Part shown: in pieces, positions 13,421-26,574 of the stretch
Layout of the letters: every line of letters starts with the position of its first letter
Position numbering within the stretch: position 1 is the stretch's first letter
Assembly (NCBI GenBank): GCA_964016885.1
Contig: OZ024742.1
Coordinates: 298,282,001-298,346,000, forward strand
Direction: 5' to 3'
DNA: 64,000 nt
DNA from: Eledone cirrhosa
Taxonomy: Eukaryota
The notes under the pieces: model-generated
What the model was told of the DNA's origin: nothing
Databases searched by the model: none
Seen by the model: only the letters and a program-made list of their open reading frames with translations
Program-made: the position numbers and the translations under genes

Positions 13421-16400
13421 AAACTTCAGAGTTGGTACCATAAATGTAGGCACCCTAAAGGGTCGCGCTAACGAGGTTGTAGAAATGCTTGAACGTAAGG
13501 AGGTCGATGTTTGTTGTATTCAAGAGACCAGGTGGAGGAGTGGGTCTTCTAGATTCATTGAGGGTAAAAAACGATGTTATAAGCTTTTCTGGGTGGGAAA
13601 CGACGATGGGCTGGGTGGAGTAGGAATCATGGTAGCAGAAAAGTGGGCAGATAAGATAATAGACGTAAATAGAGTGAACGACAGAATAATTAAAATAAGA
13701 CTTGTCCTCAATAGAACTACGGTGACAGTAATATCTGCGTACGCACCCCAATCCGGACTGCCCGGCACTATAAAAGACAGATTCTATGAGACACTGTTGC
13801 TAACTACCTCCCAAATATCTGACAGTGACTATATAATTATTGCAGGCGACCTAAATGGTCACGTTGGACAACATTGTGACGGCTACGACGAAATCCATGG
13901 AGGCTATGGGTTTGGTACTAGAAATGAGGAAGGCTCCAGAATCCTGGAATTCTGTGATGCAAATAACCTAACTATCTGTAACACTAACTTCAAAAAACGT
14001 GACAATCACCTGATCACCTATAGATCCGGGGAACACACAAGCCAGGTAGATTATATCCTTACCAGAAGACGTGACAGAGTGTCTGTTGTAAACACTAAAT
14101 CCCTCCCCCATGAAGAATGCACCTCCCAACATAGACTGATAATTAGCGACCTCATAGTCAGGACGAGACGTACTCGACAGCAGAAGAGGACTATCCTCAG
14201 GAGGAAAATATGGAAACTAAAGGACCCCACAGCCAGAAATAAATTTCAAAGCATATTACTTGATGCTTTCGACAGTAAGGAAGAGCATCTAGAATCGGAC
14301 AATATAGAGGGACAGTGGGAATTTCTGAAAGCAAACCTGCTGTTGGCGACAGACGAAGTCTGTGGCTGGAGCAGGCCTGTAGGCAGGAGGAGAGTAACAT
14401 GGTGGTGGAACAGTAGGGTGGAGGGGTCAATTAAGGCCAAAAAGCAGGCTTGGAAAGTATGGCGGGATGGGGGAAGTAGAGTAGACTATCAAGTGGCCAG
14501 GAGGGAGGCTAGGAGAGAAGTGTACTTAGCAAGAAGGGAAGCTGAGGAAAGAAAGTTCAAGCATGTTCTACAACGCGATGACCAAAAACGTGAGGTGTTC
14601 AGGATTGCCAGGCAATGCGTCAAGGAAAACCGTGATATTGTCGGGGAGAAGTGTGTACTTAACGATGATGGCATACTTGCCATCACCGACACTGATAAGA
14701 AGGTAGCTTGGAAGTGTCACTATGAAAGGCTTCTAAATGAGGAGAATAAATGGGAGAAAGACAGTCTCCCCCATATCGACCCGATAGAGGGACCAGCAGT
14801 GTTAGTCGAGGGGAGTATAATAAGTAAGGCAATCAAGGATATGAAGACGGGTAAGGCGGCTGGGCCTTCGGAAATAGTTGCTGAGATGCTGAAGGCATCT
14901 GGCATGGTGGGACACACCATGGTCACCCGCATAGTTAACCAAGTCGTACAGAATGGGGTTGTTCCGAAGGACTGGCATAGCAGCATCATCGTTAACTGTT
15001 ATAAGGGTAAAGGAGACGCCCTAGATAGGAGTAACTATAGAGGCATTAAATTAATCGACCAGGTCATGAAGGTCACGGAAAAAGTAATAGCGCAACTAAT
15101 CAGAGAGAGAATTGACCTAGATGAAATGCAGTTCGGGTTTGTGTCAGGCAAAAGCACCACAGACGCTCTTTTCATAGTACGACAACTACAGGAGAAGTAC
15201 CTAGCTAATGGTAAACCCCTCTACTTAGCTTTTGTCGACCTGGAGAAAGCCTTCGACAGAGTCCCCCGCTCCATTATCTGGTGGGCTCTTAGAAAACTAG
15301 GCGTTGACGAATGGCTTGTGAGGGCTATACAAGCCATGTATAAAGAAACAGTCAGCAAGGTTAGAATTAACAACGAATATAGTGAAGAGTTTAGCGTAAA
15401 AGTTGGCGTCCATCAGGGCTCTGTTCTCAGCCCCTACTATTTATTATTGCCCTTCAGGCTATAACAGAGGAGTTCAAGACAGGCTGCCCATGGGAACTCC
15501 TATACGCAGACGACCTGACACTCATAGCGGAATCAATGACCGAGCTAGAGAAGAAATTCCAAACATGGAAGCACGGCCTAGAGTCAAAAGGACTTAAAAT
15601 TAACCTGGCTAAGACCAAAGTTCTAGTTTGTAGGAAAGAAAACAAGGCGGCGGTCCCTTCTGGGAAATGGTCGTGCTCGGTGTGTAGGAAAGGCGTAGGT
15701 AGAAACTCCATTTTATGTCCTAAATGCAAAGTATGGGTGCATAAAAGATGTAGTGGGATCACAGGTAAGCTAACTAAGAACATAGATTTTACATGTGGCC
15801 GGTGTTCTGGTGCAATAAGTAGCAGCAAGTGCCCACAAAATACTAGCTCTTTCAATTGCGCAGAGGGTTCTATAGAAATAGTGGACAGCTTCCGTTACCT
15901 GGGCGATAAAATCAGCAGTGGGGGAGGGTGCTCTGAAAGTACTGTAGCTAGAGTCAGAACTGGTTGGAAAAAGTTCAGAGAGCTTATACCACTATTAGCT
16001 GCCAAAGGGTTCTCCCTAAAAATGAAAGGCAGGTTGTACGATGCCTGCATACGAACAGCAATGTTGCATGGTAGTGAGACCTGGGCATTGTGTGCAGAGG
16101 ATATACGCAGACTAGAGAGGAACGAAGCTTGCATGCTCCGCTGGATGTGTAACAGTAATATACGTGAACGGCAAAGCATAAACGAACTAAGGAAAAAATT
16201 AGAGATAAGAGGGATCAGATGTTGTTTACTCGAGAGAAGGCTGCGTTGGTATGGACACGTGATGCGCATGAAAGTCGATAGCTGTATAACAAAGTGCAGG
16301 GCAATAAAGATAGACGGTAGCCACGGAATAGGCAGACCTAGAAAAACATGGGATGAGCTGATAAACTCCGACCTCACACACTTACACCTCTCCAAGACAA

Positions 16401-16826
16401 TGTCACTGGACCGAGACCTTTGGCGGTACTCAGTAACAGAGAAGACCCGCCTTGCCAGTAGGCATCTCTAACAAAATACACCCCGTCCCGCCACCACCCC
16501 CACCCCATCCACACCACCCCGTTCTATGTAAAGTTATGTTGGTGCCGCGCCATCCAGGCCGAAACAAATGAGATCGTGTAGGTGTCACGACAAAAAAACA
16601 CACAGTCCACGCTGTAATGTGGCCGTGTAGGCAACACGGTAAAAACCTCCCAGACCCACACTGTAAATGTGGTTGGTGTTAGGAAGGGCATCCAACTGTA
16701 GAAAACCTGCCAGACAGTCCTATGCGAGCAAGACAATCACTCTTGCCTCAAGTGGGACTACCCCCGTCCAAACCCATGCAAGCGTGGAACACGGACGTTA
16801 AACGTTGATGATGATGATGATGATGA
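13419..16826 (+). mobile_element. RTE-clade non-LTR retrotransposon, near intact, truncated at the start of the APE domain
   Basis: APE endonuclease + RT ORF, 3' UTR, (GAT)n tail; (TA)n on both sides. Confidence 0.95.
13422..16471 (+). pseudogene. RTE ORF (APE-RT-PHD) broken by one frameshift near 15431
   Basis: RVGTINVGTL, IQET, GDLNGH, VDYIL, SQH (APE); FVDLEKAFD, QGSVLSP, YADD (RT); C4HC3 finger; WYGHVMR and GRPRKTW C-terminus. The C-run at 15431 has 4 C where SPLLF needs 5. Confidence 0.9.
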
Positions 16827-17025
16827 TATATATATATATATATAGTTGTTATATAGTAAGGTGCATTATTGGTTGTGTAAAATGGTCCAATAAATTTATG
16901 TTAGCAATATTAAGTTCTCCACGCTTTTGTATATCTCCAATTCTATTCAAGAGAACAGCTAGATAATGTAAAATGGAGTATAAGTATCAAAATGAAAATC
17001 CGAAGGCAAGGTAAAATTCCAATCA

Positions 17026-17107
17026 TTTAATAACGACACATGTTTCAATAAGAGATAGATCGATTGTGAAGCCATGATCGATTATCACTGATCTCATCAG
17101 GTGAAAA
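17026..17107 (-). ncRNA. Minimal type I hammerhead ribozyme motif (weak stem I)
   Basis: CTGATGA - long stem II containing ATCGAT/ATCGAT - GAAA-CATGTGTC, with GUC cleavage triplet and near-palindromic stem III. Confidence 0.5.
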
Positions 17108-17366
17108 TGAATTGCCTTCAAATTGTTGATATGAGGGAGAAAAAAAATAACGATGTTCTCTCACAGAATTCATTCCCTCATATGGAGACACACCAGTCAG
17201 AGACACGGCGACTGCTATTAACTTCAGTTGAGGTCATAAAAGTTGTCGGATTTCTATCGCTGCAAAAGACGCTGGACATCAATCAAATCTGTAGGGATAT
17301 AGTTAATGTGAGTGGGTACACACACACTCCACACCCACATACACAGGCTCGAGGTCAAAGAATGAA

Positions 17367-17970
17367 ATATATACATATATATACACACATCAACACAGTA
17401 TCAAACCTGTAGAATTATACAAGGTCACAGTTAGTGTGGGTGGGTACACACACACTCTCACACACACCAAAGCGATGTCAGAGAAAAAAACAAATATAAG
17501 GAAACAAATATAAGAATGTACCAACACAGCATTCACCGAAAGTTAGTTCACAAAACAACAGATGCTATACTGGTCAAATCTCAATTTGACGATGTAAATT
17601 GGAAATATTGGGTTAACCAACGCCCCATACACACACACACACAAAACACACACAAGCTGAACTTACTGAACTTACTTGCTTGTGTGTGTGTTTTGTGTGT
17701 GTGTGTGTATGGGGCGTTGGTTAACCCAATATTTCCAATTTACATCGTCAAATTGAGATTTGACCAGTATAGCATCTGTTGTTTTGTGAACTAACTTTCG
17801 GTGAATGCTGTGTTGGTACATTCTTATATTTGTTTCCTTATATTTGTTTTTTTCTCTGACATCGCTTCGGTGTGTGTGAGAGTGTGTGTGTACCCACCCA
17901 CACTAACTGTGACCTTGTATAATTCTACAGGTTTGATACTGTGTTGATGTGTGTATATATATGTATATAT
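17367..17970. repeat. Near-perfect long inverted repeat (palindrome)
   Basis: Arms 17367-17657 and 17678-17970; one substitution plus small (CA)n length differences; 20-nt spacer TGAACTTAC-TGAACTTAC-TT. Confidence 0.95.
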
Positions 17971-18569
17971 ATATATATATATACTGACCCAAAGATTGAA
18001 ATCATGACCAGCGGGTAGGCTAATGTACTTAACACTTTATCAATATTATATTGGTGTTGCTTTCTCCATGGGTCAACTAGTCCAAGGAAATTGATGTATA
18101 ATGATAATTATAATAATACTTTTGGGGGGGAAAACCAGACAAAATTCATTAATTTACTTTGAATATTAATATTTTCCCAATTTTTCATGACAGAATAATT
18201 AAGTTTTGACAGTGACACAAAACTAATTAAATTAGTTAACAAATATAATATCTTAAGTCACCAGTGAAATGGTATAATATTGTGAGATCTTAAATGTATG
18301 CTTCACTCACAAACATTAAAATATCTTCATCAGATCTGACTTAATTTCATGACATATCTAACAATAATTTGACACAATCAAGTGCTACAACACAGTTTGG
18401 AAACATTTATGTTTGAATGTAATTTTTTTTTTAAAAGATTATGGCCTAGAAGTTAACCTCACAATCATGAGGTTTTAGGTTTGTTTCCACTGCATGGCAT
18501 CTTCAGCAAATATCTTTACCATAGCTAACCCAAACGTTGCGAGTTAAATTAGATGGATTGAAACTATGA

Positions 18570-18840
18570 GGAAGCCTGTCGAAAAAGATCTGGTGTCAGA
18601 TGTGCAAAAGTCACTCTTGCATAATGGGGATATTTAAAGGATGGCGATGTTGTGTTTGACTCTGGCATTGAACCAGAGACTATGCAACACCTCCTAATAT
18701 GCCCCTTGCTGGAACACCCCTGCACAGCATTGGACTTGGCAGATTTTAATGAGAAAAGGCAGCAATGTGATCAGCTGTAGTGGAACCACACCTAGCCAAG
18801 TTTTTTAATGACACTCTTGTGGACACAACAAGAAAGAAAG
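18570..18840 (+). mobile_element. LINE 3' remnant with CCHC-like C-terminus and (AAG)-rich tail
   Basis: Reads ..EPETMQHLLICP.., followed by GGACACAACAAGAAAGAAAG. Confidence 0.45.
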
Positions 18841-19244
18841 TCACATATTGGGTCATGGGGATTTGGCTTCATAACATTATTCCTTTTATTACCATATTTC
18901 CTTTAAAAGCCATGGCCTAAGATTTTCAAATAATTTTGAAAATAACCAAGAATTTAGAAGGATTTAGTATAATAGAGCTAACTCTCATTGCTAAGCCTTC
19001 ATATATAAAAATTATAAGAGAGTTTTAGATAAATATAAAAACTTTAAAACAAACAGCTTTGTACTGTAGAAGCAAGAGTGGTTTGATATCAAAAAGGTTG
19101 ATAGTCTATGTGTCAATGGAATACTCAACCATTAACATATTAATTAAACAGTTCAGATAACTGAACAACAGAATACTCATCACTGAAACAAAGGAAGGTT
19201 CTGACATCATCTTTATTATCATCAAATAACATTATCTTAGATGT

Positions 19245-19432
19245 AATAATTGTTTCTACTTTTGGCACAAGGCCAGCAATTATCCAGTGTATTACTGGTA
19301 CTTTATTTTATTGACCCCGTAAGGATGAAAGGCAAAGTTAACCTCGGCAGGATTTGAACTCAGTCCGTAAAGGGACGTAACTGGGGTGCAAAGCATGGTG
19401 TCCGACCCTCTACCGATACTGCCAATCCACCG
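19245..19432 (-). mobile_element. Full-length family A SINE with 15-bp TSD
   Basis: TSD ATCTTAGATGTAATA at 19234-19248 and 19461-19475. Confidence 0.85.
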
Positions 19433-21183
19433 ACCTTTTAGCCCAACTATAGCCCAACACATCTTAGATGTAATAGTGAAGGATGGTAATCCAGATAATC
19501 TTGAAAGGAGAGTTCTTCAAATAATTCAGCTTTACTTCAAAAGAGGAGAATGAACCCCTTTTGATGCCAAATCACATCAAATTCCAACTGGTTCTGACAC
19601 CAAACTGTTTATTTTAAAGAGTTGATAACATTTATGTTACAAACACAAGTTTAATAATAGGAAAGCTAGTTAAGCCACTAAATCACTCCAAATTCTTGAT
19701 TACTTTCAAAATGATTTAAAAGTCATTGTCATTGCTTTTCAATATAAATATGTCTTTGAAAGGGTTAATGAGAATCAGAGTGACATGCTCATTGACAAGA
19801 CTAGCCCTTTGAATTACAGGTAGAGGTCATTTGATGTGTTTCTAAATAGTTTTCATCTATACAATTTTCCCTTATTTTAAGGCTAAGTCAAAGACACAAG
19901 CCCATGATTCCACACAGTGTGACTGAACCCAAAACCTCATTATTCTGAAACAAACTTCTTAACCAATTGTCCATGCTGAAAGTTAGTTATTTTACTAAAT
20001 ATTTCCAAATTTTTGATTACTTTCAAAATTATTCAAAAAGAGAGATACACAATCTTGACAAAGGGCAATAACCTAGAAACAGTATTGTCAGTCGTTTCTC
20101 TCTCTCACCGCTAAAACAAAAGGATGGTGATGGTCATCTAAAACATAACATATTGAGTGTGCCTGATTGCAAATGAATCAAATATTATTATTATTTGATA
20201 TAAACTCATAAATGTATTTACATATCCGCTATATAAAAATGAAATTCTAATTTTCTTTTTTTATTCAAAAATCATTGGCTGTGTTTTTCATTAGAAATAG
20301 ATCAATGAAAGGGTTAATAAGTTACAGGTATTATACAAAAACAAAACAAATAGCATCTGCTGATAACTATAGCCCAACACAAATTTTTATACAAATTGAT
20401 CCACATTTTCTATAGAGCTGCTGATGGCTGAATTAATAGAAAAAAGGATAACTGAACAATTAGCAATATGGAAATCAATATATTAGCTTGTACACTATTA
20501 GTCATGTTCAATTAATATATTATTACTAATAAATTGAACAACATTAATAGTGTACTAGCTTATATATAACTTATTGATTAGTATATTGCTAATATATATA
20601 TATATATATATATGTAGATAAATCTACCAAGAGTTTACGGTAGTGTCCAATCCGTATGAAGAACTCAATGTATTCCGGATATCATGGAAAGAAGAGATGT
20701 AATGAAAATCCAATTTCGGTGAAAGATAAACGGTATACAGAGTCAAGATAAAATATTAAACAAATAATGAACAAACAATTCCTTATATTAAACAAAAAAA
20801 GTTCACTATTTAACGATCGTTTCTAGGGTATATATGTGTTATAATTGGTATGCATATTTAACAGATCTATGTACAAAATTATACAAAATTATACAAATTA
20901 TCAAGATCAAATATACATACCTAACTCATATATACGCCGTCAAACACAGAACAGAGGTGCTACTCAAAAGTTCAAACCCCAGATTTGACAATACTTCCAG
21001 AATACAAGAGGCATCATTGTATTCTGGAGGTATGATCAAATTTGTACCTTGAAAATTTGGGTAACACCTTTGTTCCATATATGAACATAAATAAATAATA
21101 TAATATTTCCGCCCGCTTCCTGATTGAGCATTGTTTTCCTTTTCACATCTATGGATATTGCTACATCTCTCTCTCGTTCTCTC

Positions 21184-21230
<47 letters not shown>

Positions 21231-21232
<2 letters not shown>

Positions 21233-21795
21233 CACCATCATCATCGTTTGACGTCCATCTTCCACACTTGCATGGGTTTGGACGGGAATTTTCCCACTTG
21301 AGGCAAAATTGGTTGTCTTGCTCATATAGGACTGTCTGGCAGGTTTTCTACGGCTGGATGCCCTTCCTAACACCAACCACGTTTACAGTGTGGACTGGGA
21401 GGTTTTTACTGTGTTACCTACACGACCACATTACAGCGTGGACTGTGTGTTTTTTTGTTGTGACACCTACACGACCTCATTTGTTTCGGACTGGATGTTG
21501 TGGTACCAACATAACTTTACATTGAAAGAGGTGGGGGTAGTGGGATGGGGGTGTATTTTTGTTAGAGGTGCCTACTGACTGTAGGTTTCGCTTTGTACTT
21601 AGGCAAGGCGGGTCTTCTGTATTACTGTGTAGCACCAAAGATCTCGGTCCAGTGAAATTGTCTTGGAGAGGTGTAAGTGTGTGAGGTCGGAATTTATCAA
21701 GTCATCCAAGTTTTTCTGGGTCTGTCTATTCCATGGCTACCGTCTATTTTTATCGCCCTGCACTTTTTTATACAGCTGTCGTCTTTCATGTGCAT

Positions 21796-21800
<5 letters not shown>
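21231..21800 (-). mobile_element. RTE 3' fragment (same family as 13419-16826)
   Basis: High similarity to the 3' ORF end and UTR; (ATC)n tail; (TA)n on both sides. Confidence 0.9.
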
Positions 21801-21847
<47 letters not shown>

Positions 21848-21885
21848 CAATATTAATAAATGGAAAATCATTTATAAACCATATT

Positions 21886-21945
21886 TATTTTATTATACTT
21901 ATTTCAAAGACACAAAATGTTTGTGTGCTTTCATCAGATAAAATA
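21886..21945 (-). ncRNA. Minimal type I hammerhead ribozyme motif
   Basis: TATTTTAT-CTGATGA-[AAGCACACA..TGTGTCTT]-T-GAAA-TAAGTATA-ATAAAATA: 8-bp stem I, AUA triplet. Confidence 0.6.
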
Positions 21946-22031
21946 TAATATTTGGTGTTAAGATATTGACATACCTTAGCATAGTCTTAATAGTATAAGC
22001 TCGCTATACATATATAGATAGATAGATAGAT

Positions 22032-25000
22032 ATGTTTCTTTATTAGCCACAGGGGCACAAAAGATTGGGACAAATATAAAGGAGTAAGTTTACATACAAT
22101 AAAAACGTGTAAAATATTATCACAAATGTAATTTAAAAATTAGTCGATTTTCCCCAATAGGGGGAGACATTTCATATGGATAACACATACCCCCGAAAAA
22201 AAATGTGCAACCCTCATCTCCAGGAGTACAAAGAGTTTGTACTCCTTTCCTCTCCTCCTCTTTTTCCTCAACCTACAGGCTGATATAGAGAGAAGGCCCA
22301 TTCACTTGGGCCATTCTCGCCACTTTCACCCTCCTTTCATAAAACTTGCTGGGGTACAGCACCTCACTCTCCATCCTGATTCTTCTTCCAAAGTGGTACT
22401 TGAAAAAAAGTATCAGTTGATGGCCGGAGAGAAAGGTGTCTGACCTCAGCCCTTTCAACCTTGTCCACCATACAATCTCTTTCGCCATAGCTACCACACA
22501 AAGGAAAACCGCCTCTCCTTCGTTTTTGAAGGAGGGTGAAGGGTGGCAGTTTGATCATGACAATGGACTCGGTGGTCAACCGGATTGGTCCTACCCGTGA
22601 CAATAGTCGTTCTACATAGCCCCACAGGTCAGTGACGCCCGGGCAGTGTATGAATGCGTGCGCGACGGTTTCTTCGTCTCGCACACACCTCGGACAGATC
22701 TTTTTTGCAGGGTCCCTGCCCGGGCGCCCATGTCTGTAGAGCTTGTCTCGAACTGGTAGAGCTCCTCGGTAGCACTGCCAGGCCAGGGACTTTTGGAAGT
22801 TGTCCATCGGTCCCGGGCGGAAGGTCCTACCGAATAGACTGACCAGTTCGTCTTCTTCTATGCCCAGAGTTTCACCGAGCATGTCGTCACACTTGCTGCG
22901 GATCAACTCTCTTTAGAATGATGAAGTGGAGTCTCCACTGATCAGCGGGTCCGCCTGCCAGAGGGCTGTGAGCGCCTGAGCACATTCGATGTGCCAGTCG
23001 CCCATTTTCCTCATCTTTGCTTGACCCAGGACTGCAGCTCGGTCAGCGAGACGAGTCGTGGGAAGGCTCGCCTCACGAACGGGGCCCACACCAGTTGTCC
23101 GGTGGGGAATACGTAGAAATTCCGCAGCCTGAGCGCGTGTTTGCGCATCGTCAGCCATGGCATCCCCAGCCCTCGGTTGGAAGAGCATTGGCAGCAGATG
23201 GATCTTCTCACCATAGGAGCCCGCCTCTTCCAAAGGAATTGGAAGAGCGCGCGCTCCATTTTGGCGAGCGTTTTGGCTGGACAAGGCACGACGGTCAAGC
23301 GGTAATAGATGGTGGTCGCTATAAAAGTGTTCGCCTCCTCCGCTCGACCTTTCAAGGATAGTTTGCACTCAGCCCACTTCTGGGTGAGTGCAAACACCTT
23401 GGCCGACACCTCGTTCCAGTTCTTTTCCACCTGGAGGTCCAGACCAAACCAGACCCCGAGAAGCTTTACTGGTCCTTCCGTCCTGCGTCCGACGATGCCA
23501 TCGGAAGGCATCGGTTTGCCTCTCCACGATCCGAGTTGCAAACCGATGGACTTATCCCGGTTCAGCTTCGCTCCTGTGAACCTTTCGTATTCCTTCAGTA
23601 AGGTGCCGACTTCCTCGATTTGCGAGGTGCTCGACACCATTACTGTTACGTCATCGGCGTAAGCCGACGCCGCTTTTTGCAGTCCCGGTTCCAGAGGGAT
23701 GCCCTGCAATAGCTCCAACTTCCGCAGTAGTGGCTCGAGAGTCAATACGTACAGAAGGGAGGAGAGAGGGCATCCCTGTCGAATAGATCGCGTGATATGG
23801 AACGGCTCCGAGAGGTAGCCTTTCTCCTTAACGCTTGAGCAGATGTTGCTGTTATGCATTGCAGCAATCCAGCCCCTGAACACGGGTCCGAAGCTTGCCG
23901 CCTCGAGCACCGCATCCAGGTAACGATGGTCAACCCTATCGAAAGCCTTAGACTGATCCAAGTTGATCAGGGCCCCACCGAAGCCGGGTTTACACCCTAC
24001 CCTCTCTATGATGTATCGCATGAGGTGGAGGTTGTCGTGTATGGACCTGGTCGGGATTGCGCATGTCTGCGCTTCTTCCACCAGGTTCCCGATGACAAGC
24101 GCCAGCCTCTTTGCCAACACCTTGGCCAAAATCTGTAACGCTGTGTTTAGCAGAGTTATGGGCCAGAAGTTGCCTATGTCATCCCCCTTATTCTCGTCCT
24201 TCCTGACTAGTGTGACTATGCCCCCGGTCACAGAACTGGGAATTCTCCCGTTCTGTTGCCAGTTGCAGTAGACCGCTTCCAGGAGGCCGGAGAATAAGTC
24301 CGGCATTGCTACGTAAAATTCGTAGGGTAGACCGTCGAGACCTGGAGATTTGCGTTTGCCGCATTGGCTCAATGTGTCCCCTATCTCAGCGGCTGAAATC
24401 GGCTTTTCGCAGAACTTTGCCTCGCTGTCCAATAGTCGCGGTATGCCGTCGAGGTATGGACTGAAATCCATAGCCCCTCCCGGCGCGCCGCCCTGCCCGA
24501 ACAGCTGAGCAAAGTGCCGCTGAAAGGCCGCACACATGTGCTCCAGCTCACATATCACGCATCCGTTTTGGTCCTTCAAAGACCGAATCGTGGACTTGTT
24601 GCCACTTTTTGCCTCCGTCACTCGGGCCCAGCTAATAGCTTTGGCTCTCTCATTTCCCAGAGCACATATTTTGCTTCTGACAATGCAGCCCTCGTGCTTT
24701 GCGTCGAAGAACTGGTCCAAGGCCGTTCTCATTGCTAGCATGCTGGCTACGTTGCCACTTCTACTTTATCTACCAGTTCTTTCTCGGTTCTATTTCTATC
24801 TAACGCAAATTCTTTACTAAAAACTAACGAGTCTAATCTAACTGCCCTCTTGAGAGAGTACCACCATCTGTTGTTGATGACCATGGCCCCTGTCAAGTGC
24901 TGTTTAACTAAAGTGCTAATGCTAATCCATCTACTGTAGGCTTTGCATGTCGGTAACGACAAGTTCAGCTTCCAGTAACCGTGTCCTTGTCTATGGGTTC

Positions 25001-26257
25001 TATCAAGGTTGACCATGCAGGTCACTAGTTTGTGATCTGAATAGGCAACCATGAACATTTGTGGACAGCTTAACATGTCCCTATCCTTATTTCTAACTAG
25101 AACCCTATCTAGGTACGATCTAGATGTTCTGCTAAAATTAGTCCACGTCCACAGTGGCACAGTCGGAAAATCTAGTCGATATCTATCGGCCAGGTCAAAT
25201 CGGCCGATTAACTGTTTGAGAATGTTACACCCCCCTTTATCGGGACATGCTCCCACATAGTCCCAACGTGCATCTAGGATTCCATTCCAGTCCCTCACTA
25301 AAAGCAAGGTGTGGGACGTTCCCAGAAAAGTCTCTAGACGTTTGAAGAAGTCTGCCCGCGGTGTCCCGGATGGGGCATATGCAGCCACCAGCCTGAAAGC
25401 TCCACCTTCACTACCGTCAACGTCTAGGACCACCAGTCGACCCTCCGGGTCCAGATGTACCGTCTGTGTTACGAGGCCCAGGTGTTTCCGCAGCAAAACG
25501 GCAACCCCACCCCCACCCCCCGGTTGACAGAGAGATGCGTAGATCTCAAAGTCATCGAAGATGGGGGCCAGCTGTCGCTCGCTGCGGATCCTGGACTCGC
25601 AAATGGCTACTACATCCATACTGTGCGACCTGATGTCGTTTAAGAGTTTGCCCTGTTTCCAGGGCACCCCAGGCCGCATACATTCACACACCCAACTCTT
25701 ATATTGGCCATGTTGGTTCTGAAAAGTTAAAAGAGAAGAAAACACTCACCTCTTCGTCTCCCGGGATCAGGCCGCACAGTTTCCATGGGGGTGTTAGAGG
25801 AGTTGTCTGGGTGGGTGGTGGTTTCCGGCGGGGTGGGGACGGAGATGTTTGGTGGGGTGGGGTGTCTGGGGTTGGGGGTGGGGAAACTTTTTAAAAGGAC
25901 GTGGTTAATGGGTTTAACACAAGGATTACCCACGTCATTAGGAAAGTTTTCCTTTAAAGACTTATAGGTGTCCGTAGGGACCCTAATCATCTTTAAATTA
26001 GGTTTGTCTACACAGTTCGAAAAAGTTTTCCCTTCGGTTTTCACTAAAGGGTCGTTGGAGATGACCTCCATTAAAGTTTTGTTTTTACTGTTTATGTATG
26101 TGTAATGTTCTTGCTGTGTTGCAGTGGTTTTTGTCTGTTGTTCTTGTGGGAGCTTTCGTTTTGTTGTAGGTGTTTGTGTTTGGAGTGATGTCGAGGTTTT
26201 GTTTTCAGGACGGGGGGTTTTGTTTGTAATGTTTGTGTTGTTTGTGTTGGTGGTTGG
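22032..26257 (-). mobile_element. Tx1/L1-clade LINE, 5'-truncated within ORF1, ORF2 frameshifted
   Basis: APE (24747-25745: AICES, DWNG, YLDRV, YSDH), RT (23011-24741: LDQSKAFD, RQGCPLS, YADD), zinc knuckle CPRC..ETVAHAFIHC (22364-22906), AATAAA at 22039-22044, (GATA)n at both ends. Confidence 0.92.
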
Positions 26258-26468
26258 TAGATAGATAGATAGATAGATAGATATATCAGTGAGAGTGTGG
26301 TATGATACCAGGTGGACCGTAATGCACCAGAGTACTCGATACTTGGGGTAGTAGAGTGGGTAATATGAAAAGATTCCAGACCCTGATAGCTGAGCTCCAG
26401 CCGTTTTGACAGCTATATATATATATTATTAAGTTTTGTTTACATGATTCACCTACACTATCCACCTA

Positions 26469-26571
<103 letters not shown>

Positions 26572-26574
26572 CTA

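Noticed and set aside
13455-16395. Antisense ORFs over the RTE (likewise over Tx1 and the other RTE copies)
   Set aside because: Shadow frames of the LINE ORFs.
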